Part shown: piece by piece, positions 48,778 to 58,006 of the stretch | Position numbering within the stretch: the stretch's first letter is position 1 | How the letters are laid out: every line of letters begins with the position of its first letter | DNA from: Polyangiaceae bacterium | GTDB taxonomy: Bacteria > Myxococcota_A > Polyangia > Polyangiales > Polyangiaceae | Direction: 5' to 3' | DNA: 64,000 bases | Assembly (NCBI GenBank): GCA_041940405.1 | Contig: JBGTSH010000002.1 | Location: 14,068 to 78,067, forward strand | The notes under the pieces: model-generated | The model's database searches: none | Told to the model about the DNA's origin: nothing | Seen by the model: only the letters and a program-made list of their open reading frames with translations | Program-made: the position numbers and the translations under genes

Positions 48778-49943
48778 GCGACGCCGTGTCGGGCCATGTG
48801 ACGTCGAAGCTCCTCGAATCTTCCCTCCCAGCTCTCATTTTTCATCGCGTCGCTACGCGCGTGCTTTGGGCCGGGATCCTGGAGAGCGATCTCGATCTTG
48901 CGGAGGATGTCGTCGTGGTCGTCGCCGATGTGGACGAGATCGCCGAGGACCTCGACCTCCGGGATGCGGGACGAGACGACGGGGAGGCCGGCGGCGAGGT
49001 ACTCGCGGACCTTGAGCGGGTTGGCGTTGAGCGTGACGTCGTTGATCGGGAAGGCGTTGAGGGCCACGTCGAAGCCTTTGCAATAGGCGGGCAGCTCCTC
49101 GAACGGCTTTCGGCCGAGCAGCTTCACGTTCGGATGCCGCGTGACCTCGGACATGTCGGTGGTCACCTTGCCGAGCAGCACGAGCGTCCCGTGCGAGAAA
49201 CGCTGCGCGATCTTGGAGAGCATCGGGATGTCGATCCAGTCGTCGGCCATGAGGCCGAAGTAGCCGATGACCGGCTTGGGCAGCGCCGCGATGTCGTCGG
49301 GGATCTTGGTGTCAGGCTCGAGCGCCTTGCGGAACTTCGACCACTGGACGCCGTGCCGGACGAGCTCGATCTTTTGATTGAACTTCGACTTCGTCTTGCG
49401 AAGGCTCTCTGCCGAGACGACGACCAGGTCGGCCTTCTTGAGGAGGCGCTCTTCGAGGTCGACGAGCCCGCGGGTGCCCGCGTCCGAGTACGCCGTGAAC
49501 TCGTCGACGCAGTAGTAGACGATCTTGTCTTCACCCAGATCGCCGGTCACCACCGAGCCCGTCGGGTTGAACACGAACGACAGCGGACGCTTGAACTTCA
49601 AGCTCTTCATCGCCGCGAGGATCTGGAGCCTGAGGAGCTCGCGGTTGACCTTCTGGACGACCGGCGAGTCGTAGACCGGGATTGCGAGCGGTCCCATCAC
49701 GAAGATGTTCGGCTCGACCTCTTTCACGCGCTCGGTGAACTTCTTCAGCTTGTCGGCGATGCGCTTCATGTCGCGTGCGCTCGCCGTGGGCTTTCGGTAC
49801 CCGATCGAGTTGATCCAGAGCACGCGATTGTGGCGCGCCGTCAGCCGCATCAGGTGGGTCTTGGAGAGCGGATCGCCCGTCCAATCGTGTCCGAAGCAGA
49901 GAACGTCACGTCCTTCGAGAACGCCGCGGAGCTCGTCAGCCAT
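48774..49943 (-). CDS. glycosyltransferase (GT-B fold, GT4-like)
   Basis: The C-terminal half has the typical GRKPFEELP...DVALNAF...NPLKVREYLAAGLPVVS E-x7-E-type region. ATGA overlap with the downstream gene. Confidence 0.8.
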   Translation of the reverse strand: MADELRGVLEGRDVLCFGHDWTGDPLSKTHLMRLTARHNRVLWINSIGYRKPTASARDMKRIADKLKKFTERVKEVEPNIFVMGPLAIPVYDSPVVQKVNRELLRLQILAAMKSLKFKRPLSFVFNPTGSVVTGDLGEDKIVYYCVDEFTAYSDAGTRGLVDLEERLLKKADLVVVSAESLRKTKSKFNQKIELVRHGVQWSKFRKALEPDTKIPDDIAALPKPVIGYFGLMADDWIDIPMLSKIAQRFSHGTLVLLGKVTTDMSEVTRHPNVKLLGRKPFEELPAYCKGFDVALNAFPINDVTLNANPLKVREYLAAGLPVVSSRIPEVEVLGDLVHIGDDHDDILRKIEIALQDPGPKHARSDAMKNESWEGRFEELRRHMARHGVA

Positions 49944-50039
49944 AGATTCGAGTTAGTTAACGCGTCCGAGCGCGGAAAGCACGACGCGAACCGCGCGAGA
50001 AGCGTTGTCGCGAATCGCCCCTCGTGACAAAGCGGCCTC

Positions 50040-50564
50040 ATGCGACGAGCGCTCTCGATGCTGGCCGAGGACCTGAAAGAGAAGGCGCGCCACTACTACG
50101 GCAAGGACGACGGCCGCGCGCTGCTCAAGACGCTCGCGACGGACGGTACCAGCTCGATGGTGCTCTACCGCCTGATGCAGGGCTCACGCGACGTCGGCGC
50201 CGCCCCGCTCGAGATGCTCTTCAACAAGCTGAACGCTCTCTCGGGTTGCGTGATCGGTCGCGGCGCCGAGTTCGGTCCCGGCTTCGTGCTCTTTCACTCC
50301 CACGGCGTCGTCATCAACGGCAAGGTCAAGGGTGGGGCGAACGTGCACCTCCAACACGAGGTCACGCTGGGCGACAACGGCTACGGCGAGACGCCCGTCC
50401 TCGGGAGCAACATCCTCATCGGCGCCGGCGCCAAGGTCATCGGTCCGATCACGGTCGGCGACGGCGCGCGCATCGGCGCCAACGCGGTCGTCGTGAAGGA
50501 CGTGGAGCCCGAGACGACGGTGGTTGGCATCCCCGCCAAGCCGGTGAAGCGGAAGCACACCTGA
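50040..50564 (+). CDS. hexapeptide-repeat O-acetyltransferase (serine acetyltransferase/EpsC-like)
   Basis: Left-handed beta-helix repeats (IGAGAKVIGPITVGDGARIGANAVVVKDV) and the N-terminal YRL helix region. Confidence 0.85.
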   Translation: MRRALSMLAEDLKEKARHYYGKDDGRALLKTLATDGTSSMVLYRLMQGSRDVGAAPLEMLFNKLNALSGCVIGRGAEFGPGFVLFHSHGVVINGKVKGGANVHLQHEVTLGDNGYGETPVLGSNILIGAGAKVIGPITVGDGARIGANAVVVKDVEPETTVVGIPAKPVKRKHT

Positions 50565-50685
50565 GCGCACTCCTGCGCACCACGAAATCTACACGGATCC
50601 AGGTGTCGGGCTCTTGCCCTGGGACTGGGGAAGCCCGCAGCATGTTCCATGGCGCGCGGAGTCTCCGCGCGCGCCGGGAGGTCTC

Positions 50686-52464
50686 ATGCTTCGTCGCGCT
50701 TGGTGGATCGTCGCCGTTGCTTGTGCGGTTGCTCCGGTCTTCGCTGCTTGTGATGGCGGTGGCGACAACAGCGGAGGAGGCGGAGACGACTCGAGCTCGT
50801 CGACCGAGGACGGCGCTACGACCACGAGCGACGCCGGCTCGACCACGAGCACCGGCATCGCGCCCGAGTGCTCGGTGAACACCGAGTGCCCGATGGGCCA
50901 GATCTGCCAGGCCGGCACGTGTGTCCCCGGCTGCGCCGGAGACAACCCGTGTCCACTCGGCGAAGCGTGCTGCAGCGGTCAGTGCATCGATCCGCTGACC
51001 GACGTCCTCCACTGCGGCACGTGCGACAACGACTGCCCGACAGCGGGGAACATCACGACGACCTGCGACAACGGCATGTGCGGGTTCGGCGGCTGCGCGC
51101 CCGGCTACTCCGACTGCAACGGCACCTACGACGACGGCTGCGAGACGAACGGCGCGTGCGAATGCACGCCGGGCGAGACGCAGCCTTGCTACCAAGGACC
51201 GCCGGGTACCGAGGGCATCGGCACCTGCCTCGGCGGCACGCAGACGTGCAACATGAACGGTTCGGGTTTCGGCGTCTGCATGGGCCAGGTGCTTCCGGTC
51301 GACGAGGTCTGCGCCGACGGCCTCGACAACGACTGCAACCAGCTCACCGACGACAGCCTCGACGCCGACGGCGACGGATGGAAGGTCTGCGACGGCGACT
51401 GCTGCGACGCGATCGGCATCGTCTGCGGCAACCCCGAGCTCGTGAACCCCGGTGCGTACGAGTACACAGGCAACATGGTCGACGACGACTGCGACCTGTC
51501 GACGCCCGACGCGTCGGCGCCTGCCGCCTGCAGCACGGTCGAGAAGCTCAGCGGGGTCACCGGCAGCGACGTGATCCAGGCAATGGACCTCTGCCAGACG
51601 ACGACGGCGAACGCGCCGCTTCCGCTCAAGAAGTGGGGCGTCATCACGAGTGAGTTCCGCCTCGCGAACGGCGCCGTGCCGAACGCGGCACAGCTCTCGA
51701 ACATGCAGGGCTACCAGGCCGCCATCATGACGATGTACGGCAACGCTTCGAACGTCGCGCAGAAGGGCCCGACGTTCGCCGGTATCTCCAGCGGTCGCAT
51801 GCGTGACACCGGTGACGTGGGTTACGTCGCGCCCAACGGTGGCACCAGCTTCTCGACGACCGGCTCGACGCCGCCCGCGAACTACCTCGCGAACCACGGC
51901 GGCGCGCTGCCGGCCTCGGCGAGCTGCTACGGCAACTGCCCGGCAGGCTCCGGCGCGTACGACTCGATCAACGTTCGCGCCGACATCCGCGTGCCCACGA
52001 ACGCGCAGTCGTTCAGCTACAAGTTCCGCTTCTTCTCGTCGGAGTTTTGGTACTACTCCTGCACGCAGTACAACGACTTCTACCTCGCGCTCCTGACGAG
52101 CGCAGCCCCTGGGATCCCGGCCGACAAGAACATCTCGTTCGACTCTGCCAACAACCCCGTCAGCGTGAACAACGGGTTCTTCGACGTCTGCAACGTGCGC
52201 GGCTGCCAGACCTGCCCGGCAGGTACGGGCGCGCTCGCTGGTACGGGCATGGACATGGTCACGAGCGCGCCTGGATACGGGAACGGTGCGACCGGCGGCG
52301 CGACCAACTGGCTCCTCACCACCGCCCCGGTCGTGCCCGGTGAGACGATCACCGTCGAGTTCACCGTCTTCGACGTGAGCGACTCGGTCCTCGACTCGCT
52401 GACGCTGCTCGATCAGTTCGAGTGGTCGGTCACGCCGTCCACGGTCGGTACCATCGAGGACTGA
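50686..52464 (+). CDS. secreted lipoprotein with MopE-like Cys-rich metal-binding-type repeats and a choice-of-anchor-L-like C-terminal domain
   Basis: Lipobox VFAAC, DGLDNDCN..DADGDGW..CDGDCCD motifs, and C-terminal SFSYKFRFFSSEFWYY..YNDFYLALL...NISF. The start was trimmed to ATG 50686. Confidence 0.7.
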   Translation: MLRRAWWIVAVACAVAPVFAACDGGGDNSGGGGDDSSSSTEDGATTTSDAGSTTSTGIAPECSVNTECPMGQICQAGTCVPGCAGDNPCPLGEACCSGQCIDPLTDVLHCGTCDNDCPTAGNITTTCDNGMCGFGGCAPGYSDCNGTYDDGCETNGACECTPGETQPCYQGPPGTEGIGTCLGGTQTCNMNGSGFGVCMGQVLPVDEVCADGLDNDCNQLTDDSLDADGDGWKVCDGDCCDAIGIVCGNPELVNPGAYEYTGNMVDDDCDLSTPDASAPAACSTVEKLSGVTGSDVIQAMDLCQTTTANAPLPLKKWGVITSEFRLANGAVPNAAQLSNMQGYQAAIMTMYGNASNVAQKGPTFAGISSGRMRDTGDVGYVAPNGGTSFSTTGSTPPANYLANHGGALPASASCYGNCPAGSGAYDSINVRADIRVPTNAQSFSYKFRFFSSEFWYYSCTQYNDFYLALLTSAAPGIPADKNISFDSANNPVSVNNGFFDVCNVRGCQTCPAGTGALAGTGMDMVTSAPGYGNGATGGATNWLLTTAPVVPGETITVEFTVFDVSDSVLDSLTLLDQFEWSVTPSTVGTIED

Positions 52465-52534
52465 CCTCGACTAGAACTCGGTAGGTGGGCGTGCTCGATG
52501 CGCTCGCCGCTTTGGATTCACCCCCCGGTCCCCC

Positions 52535-53833
52535 TCACTCGCTCGAGGGCGGAGCGGGCACGGTCGCGGGCAGCCACAAACCGACGACCGCTCCGATCTC
52601 GGGGCGGTTCTTGGCGAACGCGTCGCCGCCGTGGGCGCGTGCGATGCGTTGCACGAGGGCGAGGCCGAGGCCGAGCGAGTCGTGCGATCCCTTTGCCCGG
52701 CCGTAGAACGGATCGAAGATCCGATCCGGCTCGCCGTCGGAGAAGCCGGGGCCCTCGTCCTCGACCTCGATCGAGGCGCGCTCCTCTTCGAACCGCACGG
52801 TGATGCCCGTCGGTCCGCCGGCGTGCTTGGATGCGTTGTCGATCAGGTTGGCGAGTGCGCGTGCGAGGAGCGTTGCGTCGCAGCGGATCTCGTGCGGCTC
52901 TCCGACCGTGTGGACCATCGCGCCGAGCCCGGCGCGGTCCGCGGCGCGTTTCGCTGCGGCGACCAGGTCGTGCGGCCGCATCGTGAGGGCCGAGAAGTCG
53001 ACGCGCGAGCTGGCGAGGAGGCCGCCGACCAGGTCATCGATTTCTTCGACCTCGTGCTCGAGCTCACGGAAGAATTTCTCACGGCCTTCGGCCGAGAGCT
53101 CCGGATCGCGCAGCATCTCGAGCACGAGCCGGACGCGCGCGAGCGGCGAGCGAACCTCGTGCGACACCGAGGCGAGGAGCTCGCGCTGATCGGCCATCTG
53201 GCGCTCGATCTTGGTCGCCATGTCCCCGATCGCCTCGGCGAGGCGGTGGATCTCGACCGGCGCGTCGTGGTGGACGTGGACCTGGACGTCGTAGCGACCG
53301 CGCCCGATCTCGCTCGTCGCGTGCATCAGCGCCTCGAGCGGCCTTCCGAGGCGCTTGGCGATCTTGCTCGAGACCGCCCAGAGGACGCCGAGCGCGGCGA
53401 GGAGGCCCAGGATCCCGGAGATGTGGCTGCGCCCGGTGCCCGCACGACAGACGTCGACGAAGCCCAGCTTCGCGCCTTGCCGCTCGGGCTCGAGGCGTAT
53501 CGAGCCGCGCTCGCACTCGTCGCCGATCTTGTCGATGACGGATCCGTTTTGATCGCGGACCGTCACCTCGGCGCGCCACTGGACCGCGACGTCTTGGGCC
53601 ATCTCGTGGCGCTTCTCGGGCTGGTCCCAAATCTCGGCGAAGCGGTTCGAGCCGAAGCGGCGGATTCCGTCGAAGTCGCGCTTCCACGTAGGTCCGCCGG
53701 AGACGACGAAGGCGACGCCCCAGGATGCCGAGCCGGCGACGACGATCGCGACGCCGAACCAGAGGAAGATCCGGCGCCGCAGCGGGATTCGCCCTCGGCG
53801 CCGATGGAACTTCCTCCAATGCATCGGCTTCAC
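52535..53833 (-). CDS. sensor histidine kinase (TM, HAMP, HisKA, HATPase)
   Basis: H-box SVSHEVRSPL, N-box NLIDNASKH and G-boxes DEGPGF/GLGLGLA. The start is GTG 53833 or ATG 53824. Confidence 0.9.
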   Translation of the reverse strand: MKPMHWRKFHRRRGRIPLRRRIFLWFGVAIVVAGSASWGVAFVVSGGPTWKRDFDGIRRFGSNRFAEIWDQPEKRHEMAQDVAVQWRAEVTVRDQNGSVIDKIGDECERGSIRLEPERQGAKLGFVDVCRAGTGRSHISGILGLLAALGVLWAVSSKIAKRLGRPLEALMHATSEIGRGRYDVQVHVHHDAPVEIHRLAEAIGDMATKIERQMADQRELLASVSHEVRSPLARVRLVLEMLRDPELSAEGREKFFRELEHEVEEIDDLVGGLLASSRVDFSALTMRPHDLVAAAKRAADRAGLGAMVHTVGEPHEIRCDATLLARALANLIDNASKHAGGPTGITVRFEEERASIEVEDEGPGFSDGEPDRIFDPFYGRAKGSHDSLGLGLALVQRIARAHGGDAFAKNRPEIGAVVGLWLPATVPAPPSSE

Positions 53834-53834
53834 C

Positions 53835-54527
53835 CTAGGACGAGCTCTGGCCGCTGACCGACTCTTTTGCCATGACGTAGCCCACGCCGTGCACTGTCTT
53901 GATCAGTCGGCCCTCTCTCAGCTTCTGCCGCAGGTGCGAGATGTGGACGTCGATGGTCCGCTCCGACACGACGACGTCGCCGCGTCCGGCAGCCGCGAGC
54001 AGGCGGTCACGCGGGATGACCTGCCCCGCGCGCCTCGCGAGCGCGAGCAGGATGTCGAACTCGATCCCGGTGAGCTCCACTTCGGCCCCGCCGGACGTCA
54101 CGCGGCGCGTAGTCACCTCGATGAGCACCGGGCCGACAGCGAGCTTGTCGGCGTCCGCTTCGGGCCGGACCCTGCGCAGGATCGCCTTGAGCCGCGCGAG
54201 GAGCTCGCGCGGGTTGAAGGGTTTGGGCAGGTAGTCGTCGGCGCCGATCTCGAGCCCCACGATCCGATCGGTCTCGTCGCCGCGCGCCGTGAGCATGAGC
54301 ACCGGCACGTCCCAGCGTTTGCGGATTCGCCTGCACACCTCGAGGCCGTCCATCCCCGGCATCATCACGTCGAGGAGCACGGCGTCGTACGCGCCCGCGT
54401 CGAGCTTGGAGAGGCCGGTAGGCCCGTCGAGCGCCCGCTCCACGTCGAAGCCGTTCTGCGTGAGGTAGCTGGACAAGAGCTCGTGAAGCCGAGCATCGTC
54501 GTCCACGATCAGGACACGGGCGCCCAT
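53835..54527 (-). CDS. OmpR-family response regulator
   Basis: RVLIVDDD, LLDVMMPGMDG, KPF, and a winged-helix C-terminus (LTGIEFDILLALA..IDVHISHLRQKL..TVHGVGY). The start was trimmed to ATG 54527. Confidence 0.92.
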   Translation of the reverse strand: MGARVLIVDDDARLHELLSSYLTQNGFDVERALDGPTGLSKLDAGAYDAVLLDVMMPGMDGLEVCRRIRKRWDVPVLMLTARGDETDRIVGLEIGADDYLPKPFNPRELLARLKAILRRVRPEADADKLAVGPVLIEVTTRRVTSGGAEVELTGIEFDILLALARRAGQVIPRDRLLAAAGRGDVVVSERTIDVHISHLRQKLREGRLIKTVHGVGYVMAKESVSGQSSS

Positions 54528-54566
54528 GGAGACGCCCGAGCGTATCAAAGGGGCAAGCTCCACGCG

Positions 54567-54782
54567 TTACTCCGCGGACTTCGGCCGGGAATCCCCGGAT
54601 GCGGCCCGGTCGGCCCGATCCTCGCGCTCGACGGTCTTTGCCGCGCGGATGCAGGTCTCGGCGACCCGGTTTTCGAAGGCCGCGCGCCGGTGTTGGGCCC
54701 GGCAGCCCATGCTCGCAAATCCGGAGGCGAAGCCGCCGATGGTTCCGAGCGCCAAGAGTGCCATCACGATTTTGCGTTTCAT
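54567..54782 (-). CDS. small exported or membrane protein (71 aa)
   Basis: MKRKIVMALLALGTIGGFASGFA signal/TM-like N-terminus. It lies between the CpxP-like gene and the response regulator on the same strand. Confidence 0.5.
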   Translation of the reverse strand: MKRKIVMALLALGTIGGFASGFASMGCRAQHRRAAFENRVAETCIRAAKTVEREDRADRAASGDSRPKSAE

Positions 54783-54797
54783 TGGTTCCTCCTCGGG

Positions 54798-55268
54798 TCA
54801 GATCCGGACGCTCTCGCGGTACGGGCCACCATGCCCGCGCCGCCAGAAGCCCTCTTCCAGCATCCGCGCGAGGGATGCGCGCTGGTTGTGGTCGAGCGCC
54901 GCGTGGACCTTCGCCATCGAGCTGGCCACGGTCTCGCGGAGCCTGCGAAGCGCGTCGTCGTGCCGCGAGAAGACGTCTCCGAGCCTTTCGGCGTCGAAGC
55001 TCTCGTCGGAGAGCATCCGCGCTACGTCGCCGCGGGTGAGCTCTGCCTCGCCGCGCATCGACGAGAACGCCGCGCGCACGTCATCGACCGCGGCCACGAT
55101 CACCTTCTCTTGGCTCGGGCTCGTGTCGAGCCGCGAGAACAAACCGTTCAAGAATCCTCGCGGCCCGCCCCGGCGAAAGCCGCGCCCGTAACCGTGGCGA
55201 AAGCGGCCGCGGCGAATCATCGCGACCAGCCCCACCAAACACGCCGTGCCAATCAAGAAACCGAGCAT
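54798..55268 (-). CDS. Spy/CpxP-like periplasmic stress/heavy-metal-sensor family protein
   Basis: N-terminal TM, Gly/Arg-rich segment (RGRFRHGYGRGFRRGGPRG), then helical repeats (LSDESFDAERL.., LDHNQRASLARMLEEG). Confidence 0.65.
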   Translation of the reverse strand: MLGFLIGTACLVGLVAMIRRGRFRHGYGRGFRRGGPRGFLNGLFSRLDTSPSQEKVIVAAVDDVRAAFSSMRGEAELTRGDVARMLSDESFDAERLGDVFSRHDDALRRLRETVASSMAKVHAALDHNQRASLARMLEEGFWRRGHGGPYRESVRI

Positions 55269-55420
55269 CGCGTCCTCCTGCGAGCCCAGAGTGCGATCCG
55301 AGTGTGAAGACCGCGCTCGGATCGGCGTGAAGTTTCGTTAACCGGTTTCGTCGTTGTGAGGCGACGAACCGAGAGCAATTCCTGGCCCCGGCGGCTCGTT
55401 GGCCCCAAACTGCCGGCCGA

Positions 55421-56635
55421 ATGTCCGGATCCAGCCGAGCGTCCGACGTCCTCAGGCGTCCCAACGTGCGCCGCTGGATCTCGGCCCGGGTCGCCGCCGG
55501 GATCGCGGCGACGATGATGCGTGCCGTCTTCCTCTGGCACATCTACGACCTCTCGAAATCGAAGGCCGTCCTCGCGCTCGTCGGGCTCCTGTCGTTCTTG
55601 CCCGCGCCATTCGCCAGCCTGGCCGGAGGCGCGATCGCCGACGCCTACGATCGACGAAAGATCGTCCTCGTCGCGCAGACCGTCGGCCTCTGCTGCGCGG
55701 CGATGCTCTCGATCCTCGGCGCGACCGGAGCAGCCAGCGTTCCGATCATGCTGGCGATCATCGTGACGAACGCCGGGGCGTCGGCGTTCGAGGCGCCCGC
55801 GCGGCAAGCGACGTTGCCGACGCTCGTACCGAAGGAAGAGTTTTCGCGCGCGGTCACCGTCATGGGAACGGGCGGCGCGTTCGCGTTCATCTCCGGACCC
55901 GCGCTCGGCGGCGTGCTCATCGCGGCGCACTCCGTGGCGTTCGCGTACGGATGCGCCGCGGCGCTCTACGTCGTATCGATGCTGCTCGTCTCCCGCGTCG
56001 AGACGCCGCGCGCCTCCGACGACAAGCGCGCGATCTCGATCGCGGGCCTCTTGGAGGGGCTTCGCTTCGTGAAGCAAAAGCCGGTCATCCTCGCGGCCAT
56101 GTCGATCGATCTCTTCGCAGTCATCTTCGGCGGCGCCACCGCGCTCTTGCCGGTCTATGCAGAGGAAATCCTCGCCGTGGGCGAGGCAGGCTACGGCCTC
56201 CTTGCCGCGTCGTTCGAGATGGGCGCGCTCCTCACGAGTCTGCTCCTCATCGTCTCGCGACCGGTGCGCCGCCTGGGCCGCGCGATCATCATCAGCGTCG
56301 TCGTCTACGGTCTCGCCACGATCGTCTTCGGTATCTCGAGGAGCTTCCCGCTCAGCATCGCCGCCTACGTCATCGCCGGCATGGCCGATCAAGTCAGCGT
56401 CGTCGGCCGATCGACGCTCGTCCAGAGCGAGACCCCGGACGAGCTCCGCGGTCGCGTGTCGAGCGTGAACATGATCTTCATCGGCGCCTCGAACCAGCTC
56501 TCCACCGCCGAGGCCGGCCTCGTCGCGCACCTCACGACGCCCACGATCAGCGTCGTCTCCGGCGGGATGATGGTGCTTGTCGTCGCCTTGGTGGCGGTCG
56601 TGCTCGTGCCGAAGCTCTGGCGATACACGGGGTAG
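55421..56635 (+). CDS. MFS transporter (EntS/MFS_3-like)
   Basis: About 12 TM segments. The GGAIADAYDRRKI loop motif is typical of MFS loop 2-3. Confidence 0.88.
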   Translation: MSGSSRASDVLRRPNVRRWISARVAAGIAATMMRAVFLWHIYDLSKSKAVLALVGLLSFLPAPFASLAGGAIADAYDRRKIVLVAQTVGLCCAAMLSILGATGAASVPIMLAIIVTNAGASAFEAPARQATLPTLVPKEEFSRAVTVMGTGGAFAFISGPALGGVLIAAHSVAFAYGCAAALYVVSMLLVSRVETPRASDDKRAISIAGLLEGLRFVKQKPVILAAMSIDLFAVIFGGATALLPVYAEEILAVGEAGYGLLAASFEMGALLTSLLLIVSRPVRRLGRAIIISVVVYGLATIVFGISRSFPLSIAAYVIAGMADQVSVVGRSTLVQSETPDELRGRVSSVNMIFIGASNQLSTAEAGLVAHLTTPTISVVSGGMMVLVVALVAVVLVPKLWRYTG

Positions 56636-56695
56636 CGCGGGCGGCCGCCTCGAGCGGCCGGGACTGCCAGCCGTCGCGGCCGTTCGTTGCTGGGT

Positions 56696-56970
56696 CATGC
56701 CGCGGACACTCGCGGTCGATGAGCCGGACACTCGTGGGTGATGGCGCGGCCATCTGTCTTCGACGAGACCCACGAGGACGTTCGAGGTCGATGGCGCGGC
56801 CATCCGCGTTCGATGAGACCCGGGAGGACGTTCGATGGCGATGGCGCGGCCATCTGCGTTCGATGAGACCGAGGAGGACGTTCGAGGTCGATGGCGCGGC
56901 CATCCGCGTTCGATGAGACCGAGGAGGACGTTCGAGGTCGATGGCGCGGCCATCCGCGCGCGACCGAGAC
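56696..56970. repeat. tandem array, 50-bp period, 5 hairpin cores plus one degenerate unit (left array)
   Basis: GATGGCGCGGCCATC starts at 56740, 56790, 56840, 56890 and 56940. The unit consensus is GATGGCGCGGCCATCYGCGTTCGATGAGACCGAGGAGGACGTTCGAGGTC, and there is a degenerate copy from about 56696. The array abuts the transposase stop codon. Confidence 0.95.
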
Positions 56971-57851
56971 TAGGGCGGCGGTTCGTAATCGATGGCTCGC
57001 TCATCCGACGGCCATTGGATGCGCCCGGCTGGGGGCGGCGAGCTGTTCGCGCCGGTAAGCAGCCGCGCGTCGCCGAGGCACAACCATGCAGCGGCGTGCG
57101 CATCCGACACCGAACGGTGATGACGCCATGCCGTCTTGCGCGAAACCGACACCGCTCGCGCGAGCGCGGAAACATCCCTCCAACCGGACGCCCGGGCGAG
57201 CGCAAAGAAAGTCCCTCGCGCCGGGCCTCGCTGAGCGAGCCTAACGATCGGCACGCGGTGCGCGGCGGCGGTCGCGGCGAGGATTCGACCCAGTGAATGG
57301 GTTGCGACAGAGGCGGGACGCGAGGGGTGCGGGAACGGCGTACCGCCTACGACGACGGCCGGATCGCCGGACACGTACGCGTGCCAGCGTGCGGCAAATC
57401 CCGCGGGCGACTCGCTCAACACCCGCGCCAGCCGCGCGGCGCTGATCCACGGATCTACGACCGCACCCACGATATCGCGATGGGTCGACCACACCCACTC
57501 GAGGGGGTCGCGTGCCAGACGGCTGCGACAAGGGTTCAGGGAAACATAACGGATCTGTCTCCGAAGGTGCTTCGTGTCGACGATCTCGTTGGGCATCGGC
57601 GTCGGCTCCCACCGCAGGCCGTGGCCCGCTCGGTGGCGCCGCGCACCCGAGAGGATTGCCGCCAACCTCGCGCGTGCTTCAAGGGCGGTCTCGCTCCAAG
57701 CCAAGACGTGCAAGTGATCAGGCATCAGGACTGCGGCCAGCGCATTCGGAAATGCGTGACGCAAGGCTGACCAGAGATCGCCGCTCAACGGAGCCTCGGT
57801 CAGCGAGACGTCGCGCCGGTAGGCTCGCGCTACGAGATGGAACACTTTCAT
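56970..57851 (-). CDS. REP-associated tyrosine transposase-like protein (HUH/Y1, IS200-like fold) with a C-terminal HTH-like extension
   Basis: HUH motif in AAVLMPDHLHVLAW and catalytic-Tyr region RRQIRYVSLNPCRSRLARDPLEW. The C-terminal ~110 aa (..LGRILAATAAAHRVPIVRLAQRGPARG..ALARAVSVSRKTAWRH) looks like a DnaA-C-type HTH. Confidence 0.8.
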   Translation of the reverse strand: MKVFHLVARAYRRDVSLTEAPLSGDLWSALRHAFPNALAAVLMPDHLHVLAWSETALEARARLAAILSGARRHRAGHGLRWEPTPMPNEIVDTKHLRRQIRYVSLNPCRSRLARDPLEWVWSTHRDIVGAVVDPWISAARLARVLSESPAGFAARWHAYVSGDPAVVVGGTPFPHPSRPASVATHSLGRILAATAAAHRVPIVRLAQRGPARGTFFALARASGWRDVSALARAVSVSRKTAWRHHRSVSDAHAAAWLCLGDARLLTGANSSPPPAGRIQWPSDERAIDYEPPP

Positions 57852-58006
57852 GCTCGTCGTCTCTTCAGGAACTGGACCAGCCTCTTCGTTCGAGGATCCC
57901 GCGACGCTTTCACTCGCAGCCCCCGGCGCGCGTCGGATCGGCCGTGGCGGCCGCCACCGAGCTCATCCTCCACAAGAGGCGCTCGGTTCGCATCTCGTTC
58001 GACGTC

